Shown here: piece after piece, positions 50,383-63,899 of the stretch
Layout: every line of letters starts with the position of its first letter
Numbering within the stretch: position 1 is the stretch's first letter
Source of the DNA: Tubiluchus corallicola
Taxonomy: Eukaryota; Animalia; Priapulida
Direction of reading: 5' to 3'
NCBI GenBank assembly: GCA_030141605.1
Contig: JAQGDQ010000422.1
Coordinates: forward strand, 115,780-179,779
DNA: 64,000 nt
Translations under genes and position numbers: made by a program
Notes under the pieces: generated by a model
What the model was told of the DNA's origin: nothing
What the model saw: only the letters and a program-made list of their open reading frames with translations
Databases searched by the model: none

Positions 50383-52996
50383 ATAAGAGCGCCGCGCAAG
50401 AAACATTTTAAAACATATCAATCAAGCCAGTTGCAAACAAAATTTGTTAACAGAATGACCGGAAATTATAATTTCCTTGTATTAACTTTTTGTTAGCGTA
50501 CCGTGACACGGATGCAATTTTTGCCAAGATACAGAGGCCATGATTTTGCCTTCTCAGTCACGTTCCGATAATTTCGCAAAAAAGTCCGTCTACAAAACGT
50601 TATTAAAATAATTAAACCATTAATGAATGAGCATATCCATTTCAGAATTTCTTCCATATAATTAGTAAGAAACACGCAAAATAGAAATGTACCATTTTAA
50701 AGTTAATGAAACACAGTACCTTTTAAAGACGCAAACAGTCTTCATTATACCATGTCACACGCATGAGGACAACGGCACGCGTGCTATTGCTATTTTTAAA
50801 CAGCAAAAGTTGAATATGCCAGAGTTCTGATATGCTTGATCCGGATTTGATATCAAATACCTGGTGAAAATCCGTGCAAAATTGCTTTGATGTTGAACCT
50901 GAATGCAGGCGAAGTACTGACATGCTTTAAAGCTGCATATAGAGTAATTTGGTATTTACTCAGTAAAAAATAATAATTCTTATCGCTGCATACTGTTAGG
51001 CTGTATTTTGTAATGTGCTGTTTACACCATGACGGCAGCAGCAACAAAAATGATTACTGAACATTAGTTTATTGCCTATAAGTTAATCAGGGACATGAGG
51101 TTTAAAATAAAATAGACTTTATTGGCGCCATCTATAGTCCGCAATTTGAAAATTCACTTTATTATACGAATTTTACCATTTATTTGTTTAACGATTTCTG
51201 TGGAGAAGTAGTTTGTCTTTTATTCTAAAAGCAGAGCATCGAAATTCGGTTAGAAAAAAAATCAGTTTAGTGTTGTTGTGTAAGATACACATTTCGTTCC
51301 TAGCTGTAAATGAAACACAAAAAGACAAGAATCAAAACGACGTAGCAAATAATAATTGTTGCAATAGAAAACGATACAAAACGACAAATCTTATAAATTC
51401 GTTTGACTTCTCATTATAAGTTAATGGAATGTAAATATATCGTTCTAGCTGTAGATAAATCACATTCTAAGCTTATTATACGGTACTAACACTTTTACAT
51501 ACCATCAAAGCTAATTACTTTGCAAAGACAGGTACATGCCTTACACTACATGATAACTGTTTTCCAGTCCCTAAACGGCGGGTTTTTATACTGTGGGCCC
51601 ATCTAAACGAATTTGGTATTCTTTCAAAAAGCATTTTGTGGTTACTAATTACAAAGAAAAAGGATTTAATATCCTGTAAAATTGAGCCTGTCACGTAAGA
51701 TCAGTGAACAAAATAGTTTGAAATTATTCTAATACAGCCTATTACGTTCACACTGTGTCTAAGCTATAGCAAATATTAATTAAAACCGGATTGCCGTTTC
51801 CAACAATTTCATACATTCACAATTCTCTTATGTCATAAGCTGCAGCTCAACTCATTTCCTCTTACATACGTTGACATCTTGATAGTTAGCCTGGTGTCAA
51901 GAATCATTACATCGATCCGCTGGGTAGTTTGAAAAACAAATTTTGCTATTTTGTGTGAAAAATTGATGCGGATGATTGCCAGAAAAATTGATGCGAGTGC
52001 AAATGAAATTTGCCTCCTCATGAAAGTCGTCTGTTGTCAGACGAGGCAGGAAAATGATTGCATTAGTCTAAAAACGTCAAAATTTGCAAGTCTTCACGAC
52101 TGTCAGACGTATGCGTTTGGCCAAAAGTTTCTGTGATGTTGCAATAATGGTAAACAGATTCTAATGGCGATCATGCAGTGCTCGTACATGGTGCATCGGA
52201 ATATTTTGAGTTTAAAGGAAAAGACAAGTCACTTAGCATATTGGGTTTATTTTACTGTTATCACTTAAACTTAGAAAAATATAACAAACAAATTTGCAAA
52301 AATGCTGTCTATAAAGCATAAACTTAATTTATGTTACCGTTGTACAGATATTTTCAGGCGCGGTGGTGTCCGTCATTCACTTGAAAATTATGACGTAACT
52401 GGTGGATTTCGTGACTTTTTGTAAGCGCATCGTGGCTTTCCGAAAGCGTGTTTCAAAACTTATACTATTTCAAACTTCTGCATGTTATCTAATGTTGATG
52501 CAAAAATATCACAATCTAATTTTTGTAAAAACTTATTATGCTTTTGACGTAAATTGACAAGGTGCTGCTTTGTTTCAGACACTCAATGACGTCATTGGTG
52601 GAAGACTAGGCGTTTAAAATTTGAGCGCTCGAGTGTGAAATTATCTCGACTTTAAAATGGTCTTACTAATTACACGAGGCGCTTATCACACTTTTATTAC
52701 AAAATCATTTTTACGTTTTTCACGAACATTGAAATAAGCTTCACTCTTCCCACAAGGTGAGGGCTTTCCTTTAAGCTTTCACCCCACGTTTTCAAATTGA
52801 CATAATGCTAAAAATACCGTTTCTGGCATAAATCAAAGCTAATTTCTGTGATGTGAACATTTCTAGTTTAGAGTTTAGTTATGTACAAGTTTAATTGAAA
52901 ATGTACAAGTTTTGGATTACAGTTGTGAACGAGGTTAAGTTCCACAAAGTGCTTTTCTAGAGGCTGCGATTATTACTATATTACTACAAAAATAAT

Positions 52997-53530
52997 TGTT
53001 GTTGTTGTTGGCATCCTTCTGTCTCGGAAGACAATGGAGTGTGCGCCAAGAGAGTCAGTTATTGATCACATTGATGGAGCTGCAGCGTCTACTGTGGCTG
53101 AGCAGTGCGATCCTTGAACGTCTCCAGGGCGCACGCCTGGGCAAGGTGTATGAAGATCCTGCATTGCCCAGACAACAGGAACCCCCTCTCTTCCTCGCTG
53201 GTGTAGTCCAAAGGAAAGCGGAGCGATACGTTTGGCACTAGGTTGGCTGCAGGAGCTGCCGGAGTCAGTGAGCATGGCTCCACTCCTGATTTGGAAGGTT
53301 TACTCCTCTACACATGGCCAATGGGTCACTTGACCTCCTCCGCCCTCTAGTCGTTGGCTACTTGTGCAGCTCCTCCGCCTAATGTCGAGATACAGTGTGG
53401 GCATCCCGCAAGCCTACAGCACCTGGTATTCTTAGGCGGTCACCCATCCAAGTACTAACCAGGCTCTACGTTGCTTAACTTCAGTGATCAGACGAGAAAC
53501 GGTGTTTTCAACATGATTATGCCGTAGCTC
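52997..53530 (-). mobile_element. 5S rRNA-derived SINE (SINE3-type) with RTE-like body and 3' end, (CAA)n tail, 10-bp TSD
   Basis: Head 53410-53528 is a near-full-length 5S rRNA on the minus strand; 3' part translates SRIALLSHSRRCSS (RTE C-terminus-like); CAAAAATAAT at 52987-52996 and 53531-53540. Confidence 0.85.
53410..53528 (-). pseudogene. 5S rRNA-like sequence (SINE head)
   Basis: Minus strand gctacggcataatcatgttgaaaacaccgtttctcgtctgatcactgaagttaagcaacgtagagcctggttagtacttggatgggtgaccgcctaagaataccaggtgctgtaggctt; metazoan 5S with substitutions and no oligo-T terminator after it. Confidence 0.88.
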
Positions 53531-54156
53531 CAAAAATAATATTTCTACGTTATGCCATTATTTCGCTTTTTTCCAAACATGTAACTTCGTATAGGCCTAT
53601 TTGTTGGTATTTATGTGGCGTAATCTTTTGTACCACCCTGTAGATTTAATGCAAACCTTTAACTTACTTTTCTTTAATCATGCATGCTTATTCATGGTAA
53701 AATTCGGTCTGCTAAGTGACTTTTTTGCCACTGTAAATCCAGCAAAACAGAGTATTCACTCGTTCATTCTTGGTTATTCATTGTTTCTTGTGATACAACT
53801 TTGCAATGAAATAAAATAATTTTTCATCAAACAACATGCAGGAGATAGCTTTTTATTCCACCTAAATAATCATTTTATCTCGAATGTGAACATCATTTCT
53901 TTCAATCTGCCCTGTAAGATTGAGAATGTTTTCATTTGTCTGCATGAGATTCATAGATGTCGGAAGCGATGACGCGTGATATTGTTTCGCAATCTCCTGT
54001 TGATACTGTCAAACTTTGGCTTGCTGCAGAGTAAATACAGTTGACAACCTTCATAGGTTAATGGCCGGTTGACTTGTAAGTTGTTGGCGCAAATGGACGT
54101 GATTTTTCCTTTCCAGTTGCTTTTTTCATTGACATCGACCTCCAGTTTGTTTGGTC

Positions 54157-54530
54157 ATCGAACGTTCGAGTACGAGTCGAATGGTTATTTTTAGTTGAAA
54201 TTCGATTCGAACCTAAAATTATAGATTCGAATAATTCAGCACCATACGGTCTTTGTGATTAAAACGTTTGAAATAGCATGCGATCAGCGCAATTTAGCTG
54301 CGATTTCTGTGCACAATTTTTGAACAAATTACAGTATACATGTACATGTTTTTACTGCAAAACAAGTTCAAGTAATATGCACGAATTGAAACCCTGTTTT
54401 ATCAGTGTCTCCAAATTCTTTAGAATTCGATTTGGATTCCAAATCTCGAAATTCGGTTTCATTCGAGTTCGAAAGTCACAAAATCGATTCGATTAGAATT
54501 CGTTTTCTGGTAGAGAATGCTCATCCCTAT
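54157..54530 (-). mobile_element. hAT-like MITE, inverted relative of 24381-24752
   Basis: Ends ...ctggtagagaatgctcatcccta, the reverse complement of the 24381 start; shared TTCGAA-rich body. Confidence 0.6.
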
Positions 54531-56559
54531 TTTTTAGACAGTAAACTTCTTGAGGTGCATTCAAGTAATCTCTAAAATGCAGTGCATCTCAACCAGCGTC
54601 ATCTACCGGCTGCATTCTGCATCAAGGCTCTTTCATCGAGGTTAAAAGTTTGATTAGGAGGGGACCAGTTAATTAGTCATGATTTTTAAAAATAATACAA
54701 ATATGAATTAGGTGTATTTGTCATCATTGCAGCCAAAAGCTTGAATTACAGCACAGCATAAAATTACAAAATATGAAATTTTTTAAAAGAATGAGCAAGT
54801 TAGAACGTACAGCAACAAGCAGTATTACACTGTTACAAGATACATGGACGAAATAGATTAAAATGAGTCTAAACTCATGTTCAGAAATTAAATAAACCAT
54901 ATGAGATAAAACTGTTCTTGAATGTGTCTGTTCTGCTTCTAGGTTAGGTGTATTTCAGATTGTGGCCAGTACTATATCTGTGAGTATGGTCATCTGGCAA
55001 TAGACTGTGGATTTTATTATTAGGATTTTTATTGATAAGAACAACTTTCTGCAAGAATTTTGGCGACGGTTAAATAAAGGTTGAAGATTAGCCAAAATAC
55101 AATCATTTATTTACTTTTGGTTTAGAAAAATTATTTTCAGTGAGCGTTTTTAGCAGTTTCTAGAAATGTCAAAACACTGATTTCGATCAAGATAAACAAA
55201 TCTTTAAAATTACGGTGGTGAAAAACGTGCTCCCATTGTTTCATTCTAATTTCTCCATTTATTAAGAAAGTTTTTGAATTAAAATTGTACAAACACTAAC
55301 GCAATTTTAGTTTACCCGTGTCCTTTATAATTTATTTTATAACGTTTTTCATGAAAGGCACGATATCAGTGCAAACTTGGGAAGCAGATGAAAGCATGTT
55401 CTAATGTAAACAAACCCGCCTGTAAGCGTTTAAATTTTTCTAACATCTTGAAGGTTATATCCATCATCCCTCTGGTTTTAATAGAGGAAACTAGGAGACG
55501 AGTGATTATGTGTTTTGCGATGTTTTTATCGCTGGCCTTCGTAAAGAAACCACTACTCAGAAGCCACTGCTGCTGCTAGCTGCACTATTTTATCGGTCAC
55601 GCGTCTCGACGCTAATCGTGTCAATATCAGATTGACTGACATTTTCAAAGGATTTGGAGAAATTAGTTCGCTCAGTCAACACACATGCCTCAATTGCTGT
55701 TTCTTTTCCATGTATTGAAATTACTGAAATTACTCGATTATGGATGGACGTGCACTCCCTCACGTAGTTTCCTTGGTACGTGCTTTCTTTTTAAAGGGGA
55801 AGAAAGGGTAGTTTTAAATTACGTCCAAAAAGCTTTCCATGCAAATGTCCGTGCATTACTTTGCATTGCATTTATCTGTTTGAATGACTCAAGTAACTAG
55901 AAAACAAAATTCTTAATAATTTAAATGTTGGCGTCAGTTGGTAAAGCGTCACTGTTGCACTATCCCAGTGTGCACCACTGGCTCACCACAAAACACATTA
56001 TTGTCCTTATAGACAATATAAAGTAACTCATACTTTTGCTTAGTTAGTGCTACGAATGCTCTGATTATTTTTTCAGACTTCATTCGGTGTTATATAAACT
56101 TGTTTCAATAAACTTAGCGTTAAAATGGCTGAGCTTAACAGTCATCGCGGGAGTTTTAATTTTCAAGATTTATACAGCATTACTCCTAAGGCAAGCCCTA
56201 ATGAGACAACATGTAAGTGGTGTAAAACTTCAAGCTTTATTTATAAAGAATGTTTTCTCGTGCTTTAATTCTATTGAATTTAAAAACAGTTTGCTTGACA
56301 AGACTTGTCCGTAGTTGAGCAGGTGAAGTAAACGCGACAATGAAAATGGGCTGAACAATCTACAGCTGGCCTGTATTCTACATGCCCAAACTTCCATAGG
56401 ATACGATTGTTCTTGTGATGTAAACCGGTTAGATTTTTTTATTGTTATCGTGTTTACCTGGTAAATAGAACCGGATTTTCGCTTGATTTTTTTTCTTTTA
56501 AAACCAAATGTCCTTGCTAGTAGCCATGCCATGTAACCAAGCTCCTTTACGCTTCTCAT

Positions 56560-57190
56560 TTCCATGGAATGTAATAGTACATCTAATGATTTTAGATCTA
56601 CGAGATGGATATTATGATTTACACTCATTGATTCCATCGATGAAAGTTTGGAAGCGTCGTTGTAATAGTACTTTTCCAAAAACATTTCCAGAATAACAGA
56701 TTTACCTTTTTTCCAAATCCTATCGTTAATTCCAGAACAAGCAAGCTAAAACAAATTGGGACAAATACCCACTACGGAACGAACTCTGTAATCAAGCAAG
56801 CAATTCTACTTTGGAATTCTCTACCTTTACAGGTTAAACAAATCAAGTCCCTATCAGCATTTAAAGCAAAATTAAAATCGCTAATATTAAACAGATATGA
56901 AATACCAGCACACCAGTACGACAACATACACACTAATTCAGAATTTGTATATCCACGGCCATATTAATTAAATCATAATTTTTTATTTTTTTGTGCATAG
57001 TTGTAAATATGTTTGATTTTATTCGTCGTTACTTTCCATTACTGCACAGTAGTTTAGATTGCACTGGCGCATTTGCCTTTAGCAGTGTAAGTTTTTATTA
57101 ATTAACGCTGATTGATCATCTCTTTAAAGTTTTTATCAGTGATTATCAATGTATTTTAATGGCAAATAAAGATTATCATATATATATATT
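56560..57190 (+). mobile_element. CR1/L2-clade LINE 3' fragment
   Basis: Translation NTHYGTNSVIKQAILLWNSLPLQVKQIKSLSAFKAKLKSLILNRY, then 3'UTR and AATAAA with a simple tail. Confidence 0.78.
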
Positions 57191-57529
57191 ATCATATATA
57201 TCTCAATGCTGCTATGCAGAAATATATATATATATATATATATTTCAATTTTCTTTTATGTAATAAGGGCCAGTTTTCGCGGAAATCTTGTTAAATTTGA
57301 CTTTGCAAATGCCAGTATTCTTTTTTTGCGAAATTGCACATTCACTGATTTTTAGTACATTTCTATTCCTTTCAGCAATTTTCTAGATAATTTCATTTTT
57401 ACTGAAATGATCTCTATTGAATTCGCTCTTGATCAGCTTGTTACACTGCTTAAATATGGATCTGTCAGAATACGAAGTTTTGATTCAAATTGCGGTATAT
57501 CTCAGGGCTGCTATGCAGAAAATGGGTAT

Positions 57530-58141
57530 TTAAAGGAAGACATGATGATTTTTCACATATTATTAAGTCTGATAAAAAGTATACATTTTAACATAGTTAA
57601 TACTGCAAAAGCGTTCTGATAATTAAATAATGGATTAAAAACTTAATTAACGGCGGGCGAGCCCAACTATTGATGATATCACAAACTAACATAATTTTCA
57701 ACAGCAAAAATATTCCACGAGCGTATTGCACGTGTTTGCGAAAGTGAAAATTGAAGTACAGTGCTACTGTAAGGTATTCAGTGTGTTATGCTAAAACTAG
57801 GCAAATTTTAAGATAAAAATTCCAGTTTCAAGTTAACTGCTGTCCTCACGCATGAGCTGTCGAACGTGTGTAGTTCGTCACAAACTAACACATCTGAACT
57901 GAGAGGTACAGCACCTGTTTTTGTGCAATGGGTTTCCGAAATGCAGACGCTATTGCCCGTCTAACTAGCGAAAGGCGAAATGCAACAGCGAAGAAGTAGT
58001 GGCGCGAACGTGAAATTGTGTTTGTTTGATAATAATTCTTTCACGTAAGGCATTCTGGAAAAATGGTACGTTTCCTTTCAACATTTTAAAGAGTAAATTA
58101 TTTTGATCTACAGTTTAACATTGGGCCCGGTTTTGCTTTAA
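57530..58141 (-). mobile_element. Family A Kolobok-like element, copy 2
   Basis: TTAA at both ends (ttaaaggaagac ... gttttgctttaa); reverse complement of 63381-63899. Confidence 0.7.
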
Positions 58142-60185
58142 GAGTTGGGCTAATCATCATATCAGGGCTGCAACTGCAGTTGTTGTCAATAGCGATGGCA
58201 ACAGTTATTAGTCATTTTTGGCACCTATATATATATCTAATACTTTATGAACGAACGTTCAGTTGTGACGTCTCTCCTTGAGGTAGTGAGCACCGTTATA
58301 GCCGGAACGGATGCTGAGTATGTGAGCATTGAGTGTGTGGGCACCAAGACACGTCAGTTTGCTCATTCGTTCACGTGGTATTTTAGTTTTTAATCTTGTG
58401 TGACAAAAACGCCTGCGCATTTTTTCATCATGACTTTTCAATTCATTAAACCCGGAGATGATTTCCGCTGAGTTTCATTAAATCGTTGCATTTTTTACAA
58501 AGCTCATATTGAATTGCAAATCTATGTCTACTAAGCAGTTTAATCTACAATCAAAGAGAGAATTAAATTGAGCTGAGTACCTGTCGGCACTCTTGATTAC
58601 GCACATGTTCTGCTCTGCTATAGGCTTCAGCACATCACTGCAAGAACACTCAGCAATCATATTTTGGGGCCAGCATAACTAATCTCTTTATTAGCTGGCT
58701 TTTACTGTTATTATGCAGAGTATCTGCCAGCCTATTAGTTTCAATCACTAACGGGATAAAGCAGGGTGATAAGACAACAGGCAATAGCCTATGGAAAATG
58801 ACAACGACCGGTAACTGATAACGTTGAATAAAAATTGTAAGTTTAAAGTCCCGCAATGACCGCTAGGCGGAGCCATTTTAACGGTAAATCGATTGAAACA
58901 AGTTTATGTACTCTTAACATTAGGTAAAGTGTATTTAGGTAATCATATCATTCGTAGCACCTACTTCACTAACTAAGCAGAAGATTAAATTCCTTTGTAT
59001 TGTCAGTAAAATTAATGATGTGTTTTTGGTGAATCAGTGGTGCACACTGGGTGGTGATGCATTACTGTTTTACCAGGATTATTGTGAATTATAAAGCATT
59101 TTTTCTTCAATTACATAAGTCTTTGAAACAGATAGGCGTAATAATACTAAGTATTTTTGGACATTCTTTAAATTTCCCCTTTTAAAAATATCTATACCAT
59201 GTTTAGTATGTAAATTTTTATATATGGTAGGTCAGTACTGATAAAATTAATTTCTCTTGGCCAACTTTTTACTTTCTTGCAAACTAGTTAGTTGGATGGA
59301 TCAGATTTTAATGAGAACTTTATTAATGTCGCTTCTCAGATTTCTGCCTAATCATGTTTTACATCATAGTTTTTTTGTACATCTGATACGAATGCTAGTG
59401 GCGGACCGTTGCGGTACACAGTTTATTTATTTATTCACTAATATTATTACCACCTACACGTGACCCTATGTACAGAAAAACAACTTTAAAAAGGAATCCA
59501 GTATACAGTTACAGTTACAGACAAAAGAGGAAAATGCGAATGAAATTTATGATAAAACGGTACATGCCGTTTCCCAGTGTTATGGGGATTGTCTTGATTG
59601 TCTACCTCAATACAATTGTCTATGATGTAGTCCCTTCCTCTTTCTGTTTCCCTTAGAAGCTGCGTGGCAATAAATGTGACGGAGAAGACACGTATTTATG
59701 AGTTACCGCATCTTCCTGCGGCTGCAGAGTTATAATTTATCTGCAAGCGTGATGGTGATTCATTGTCACTGAGTTACCGTCAATATTACTTGCTTATGCT
59801 AAAACATGGTACAGTATTGTGGGTCATGGGATTCTTTACAAAAACAATGTATGAGAATTACTGAAAATATGCGGAACGAAAAACGACAGGGACGCTTGAT
59901 GAATAGCAACAGGAATTGCTGTCGTTATTGCGGAACCTTTTGTAACACTATACGTGTCACGAACGGCACGATAGAGGTATGAGTACTAGGTCTACTGGGA
60001 GTGCAATAGTAGATCAAATGATTAACCTTATGGTGTTTTAAGCTGATGGGTGAGTCAGTGCTAATACACAGTGGCACTTCAGGTGATCAAGAGTGATTTA
60101 TGAGATAATAATGAAAAGTCTGTGCATTGACTGTACGTGTATTCTTTGTCTTTTCAATCAAGCGCCAATTAATAAACAACTTATG

Positions 60186-60606
60186 TTTGGGATTGTTGTA
60201 CATTGGGATTGTTTTGGGACTGCTGTACGTTGGGATTGTTTTGGGACAGCTGCTGTACATTGGGATTGTTTTGGGACTGCTGTACGTTGGGATTGTTTTG
60301 GGACAGCTGCTGTACATTGGGATTGTTTTGGGACTGCTGTACGTTGGGATTGTTTTGGGACAGCTGCTGTACATTGGGATTGTTTTGGGACTGCTGTACG
60401 TTGGGATTGTTTTGGGACAGCTGCTGTACATTGGGATTGTTTTGGGACTGCTGTACGTTGGGATTGTTTTGGGACAGCTGCTGTACATTGGGATTGTTTT
60501 GGGACTGCTGTACATTGGGGTTGTTTTGGGACTGCTGTACATTGGGATTGTTTTGGGACTGCTGTACATTGGGGTTGTTTTGGGATTCCTGTACATTGAG
60601 ATTGTT
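60186..60606. repeat. Minisatellite of alternating 27/30-bp units (57-bp higher-order repeat)
   Basis: tgggattgttttgggactgctgtacgt alternates with tgggattgttttgggacagctgctgtacat, followed by 27-bp monomers. Confidence 0.95.
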
Positions 60607-63380
60607 TCTGCAATTCTATTAATTGCACAGGTGTCTCATTTTCGAATTAAGTATCAGTCACTGAACATCTTATAAGTTCGTATGGGCTTGTGGGCTGATC
60701 TGCATTGAGAACAATTGTTTCTGTTATCGTATCTGTTTTATGGGTTTTTTATGTTTCAATTAAGTATCAGTAAGCCTTTTCACAGTTCCAGCGATTGATC
60801 ATGATCGTTAAAAGGTCAAAGACTAAGTGTACCAGACAACACATTTGTGTACAGTTGACAACGCCTCGCAACCCATGCTGTTGTAATAGTAACATGTTTT
60901 ACAGCTAGCTAGAACACATTGCCTAGTTCTCTTTTTCTTGTTCCTAAGCAAGATTCTGCTAGTAAATCATTCTACACACAGACTAATGCATTATTAAGTA
61001 AAGTCCACGTAGAGCAACTGAAGGTACTGAACTAATGCTTTGCGTTACACGACACGTCAACTGAACGCTTAACCTTTGATCTACAGCAACTGCGCGTGCG
61101 CACAACGAAACTGTGAAAAGGCTTATTAGTTGAATAACTCGACATTTTAATTAACTCTATTGGCTGATGTAGCATTGAATTAACGATTTATGTAATTATA
61201 TTCTCCAACTAACTTTGTGTTCAATTGTATACATCTATCCTTAATTAAAATGCACCTGTCCTCCACATGACAAAGTGAAAATACTGTGATCAGTTATACA
61301 GTACTGTAAATCCGTTTAAAATATATAAATTTATATGTATATAATGGAAAGTTTTCAATGGACACTGATGAGGGTGTCTACTGGCCTGAGTCGACTTTGG
61401 TCATCCCGCTTAGAGTCATGGATATAGCTGAGTAAGTTCCTTTTTGGTGAAACGCCAGACAGGAGGTAATCATTTTTTCGTGAAACTTATTAAAGCACAC
61501 ATTTATGCAGGTGCTGTAACGCAGCAAAGAGTATGATGCCATCTGTTGACAGGAAAAAGAAGCATTATGAAGAGATGCTCTTTAAATTGCCTGTCATTTT
61601 ATTATACTGCGAAGCCCCTGTTCAGACGACAAACTTGTAATGTAATAGAAATTCCACAAACAAAATTAATTAAATATTAATCAAATTTTCCTTTATGATT
61701 CTGGAAAACGTATTAAATTTATCAAAGAAGAATGTGTGTTTTACCGTGTTATACAAACACGGATCTTGTTCTTAGTTTCTTAGGCTTTTCTTCTTTCTCC
61801 TTTTGTTCATCTTATCTGTTTCGTTTGAAGCTTGTCAATAATAAAGACAGCGGCTTAAATTACGTAAGTCTTCTCTCTCTTTGCAGTTAAACCGCCATAA
61901 TTATAGCTCGTACTTTTAAGCGGTCGGATAAAATGTTATAGACTAGCTGCATCTAGCTACAATGTTAAGTTACATGTATACTGTAGCCACTGTCCCTTTA
62001 GTTTCAGTTAAATGGGAACAAATGGAATTTTAAACCTTTCAGAAAACTTTCATACATAATAATAATATAATAATAATCTTTTTATTTATCTTGTAACACA
62101 CGCACAGTTATAATACAATTAATTTGGAAACAAAAATGTGAAGAAAGGGCAGCGAAAGACCAATTGGTCATCTAGTCAGCTGCCCTTTGGTTAGTGATGA
62201 ACATTTTTATAGGCGCTATGCTATAGTGTGTTAGTGTTAGTACTGCTTATAATAAAAATTAATTGTTACGAATGACATTAAATTGATATGCTTATAACGT
62301 GTTTGTACAATTCATACACAGTAATAATAAGTGCATAGTAAAAAAATCAAACTGAAAATAACTGAAATAAAAATCTGACAACAGAAACATAATAACAATT
62401 GCAAATGAAATATACTTTATAACACAAGCATAATTCTTAGACATAAGCAAGCGAATGTATAATAGAGTCATAATATATCATAATAATGTAAAAAAATACA
62501 GAGCGATTTTTGATGATCTGAGGTAAAATAAATAGGCAGGTGGTTAAAGCACAAAAAATTACCTGTATGACTGCATGAGGAGATTGACAATTGGAGTCCA
62601 GACTTTGAAAATGATCTACAGAAGTTAAACAATAAACAATTAAATATTGAAGTTAATTGAACCTGCCATAACAGTAATTGCTCTTGCGCGCAGTTCGACA
62701 ATTTATTATAGTGGGCAAATTAATAAAAGTTGTTGCAAAATACTGTACGCTTATATGTAGTTAATCTTAGTAATAAGTTTGCAAGAGTTGACATTTATAT
62801 AATTTACTGAAGTGACAGTGTTATATTCCTTTGCATTACGCCTACCAGCTTGAAAGACATACGTTATTGAAAAAGATCTTTAATTATAAATGCTCACGCC
62901 AGCTGATAAAACGTCACACTTTGCTATTCCGGCTTCCACAAAAAAAAGCATAACTGGTTCACAAAAACACGTGTTATTAATCTTATTGACAATATAATAG
63001 TAATTCGAACTTTCGTTTAGTTAGTAAAGTGTCCATTACCTATTCTCTGATTAGTTTTTCGAACTTTTTGCAAAGTTATCTAAATTAGTTTCAATCGACT
63101 TGCCGTCAAAATGGCTACGAATATATAACTGTCATCGAGGGAGTTTAGATTTTCGTGTTTTCTATAGCGTTGTGCACTGCTAATACAAACTCTGTATGTA
63201 ATAAGACAGCATTTAGGTGATACACGACTTCAAGATGTGTATCAACCTTTATTGTTTTAGCGATATTAGTCTGATCTGATCTGATCTGGATGTATGCTAC
63301 AGCGTTCCTTTAAAGCATAACATATGTATGGTTTAACACTTCTGTCTATTCTGCAAGATGAACCAGAAATGAAAAGACAG

Positions 63381-63899
63381 TTAAAGCAAAACCGGACCCA
63401 ATGTTAAATTGTAGATCAAAACAACCTGTTCTTCAAAATATTGAAAGAAAGCATGCTATTTTTTCAAAAATGACTTACGTGAAACAATTATTACCACACA
63501 AACGAAATTTTGCGTTCGCGCCACTAGTTCTTCCCTGTTACATGCACTTCGTCATTCGCTAGTTAGACGGGCGCCTGCATTTCGGAAAGCGTTGCACAAA
63601 AACAGGTGTTGTACCTCTCAGTTCAGAAGTGTTAGTTTGTGACGAATTGCACACGTTTGACAGCTCATGCGTGAGCAAAGCGGTAAATTTCAAATTTGAA
63701 TTTTATCTTAAAACTTGTGCAACACGTGCAACGCTGTTTTTTCTGGTGAAAATTGTGTTAGTTTGTGATTATGAAGCCGTTAATTAAGATTTTAATTTAT
63801 TATTTAATTATCAGAAACGCTTTTGCAGTATTATTGATGTTACTTTTACCTTACTTTAAAATGGGGTAGTTCATGGAAAATCATCCTGTCTTCCTTTAA
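63381..63899 (+). mobile_element. Family A Kolobok-like element, copy 3
   Basis: TTAA|AGCAAAAC ... GTCTTCCT|TTAA termini; shared core with the other two copies. Confidence 0.7.

Noticed and set aside
50721-50924. Two exon-like segments on the minus strand with plausible splice sites
   Set aside because: No joined reading frame gave a recognisable or uninterrupted protein; cannot be supported without RNA data.
51890-51960. PGVKNHYIDPLGS as a candidate VAT1 exon 4 (resembles GVDIVMDPLGG)
   Set aside because: Spacing and phase do not fit, an in-frame stop follows shortly, and the downstream LLKP.G motif is absent.
53410-53528. Functional 5S rRNA gene
   Set aside because: Single copy with substitutions in conserved positions, no oligo-T terminator, and embedded in a TSD-flanked retroposon.
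60087-60675. Five overlapping repeat-protein-like ORFs
   Set aside because: Explained by stop-free 27/30-bp units; no splice or homology support.
61366-61460. CTGATGAG ... GAAAC hammerhead-like words on the + strand
   Set aside because: Could not build stems I-III around the core.
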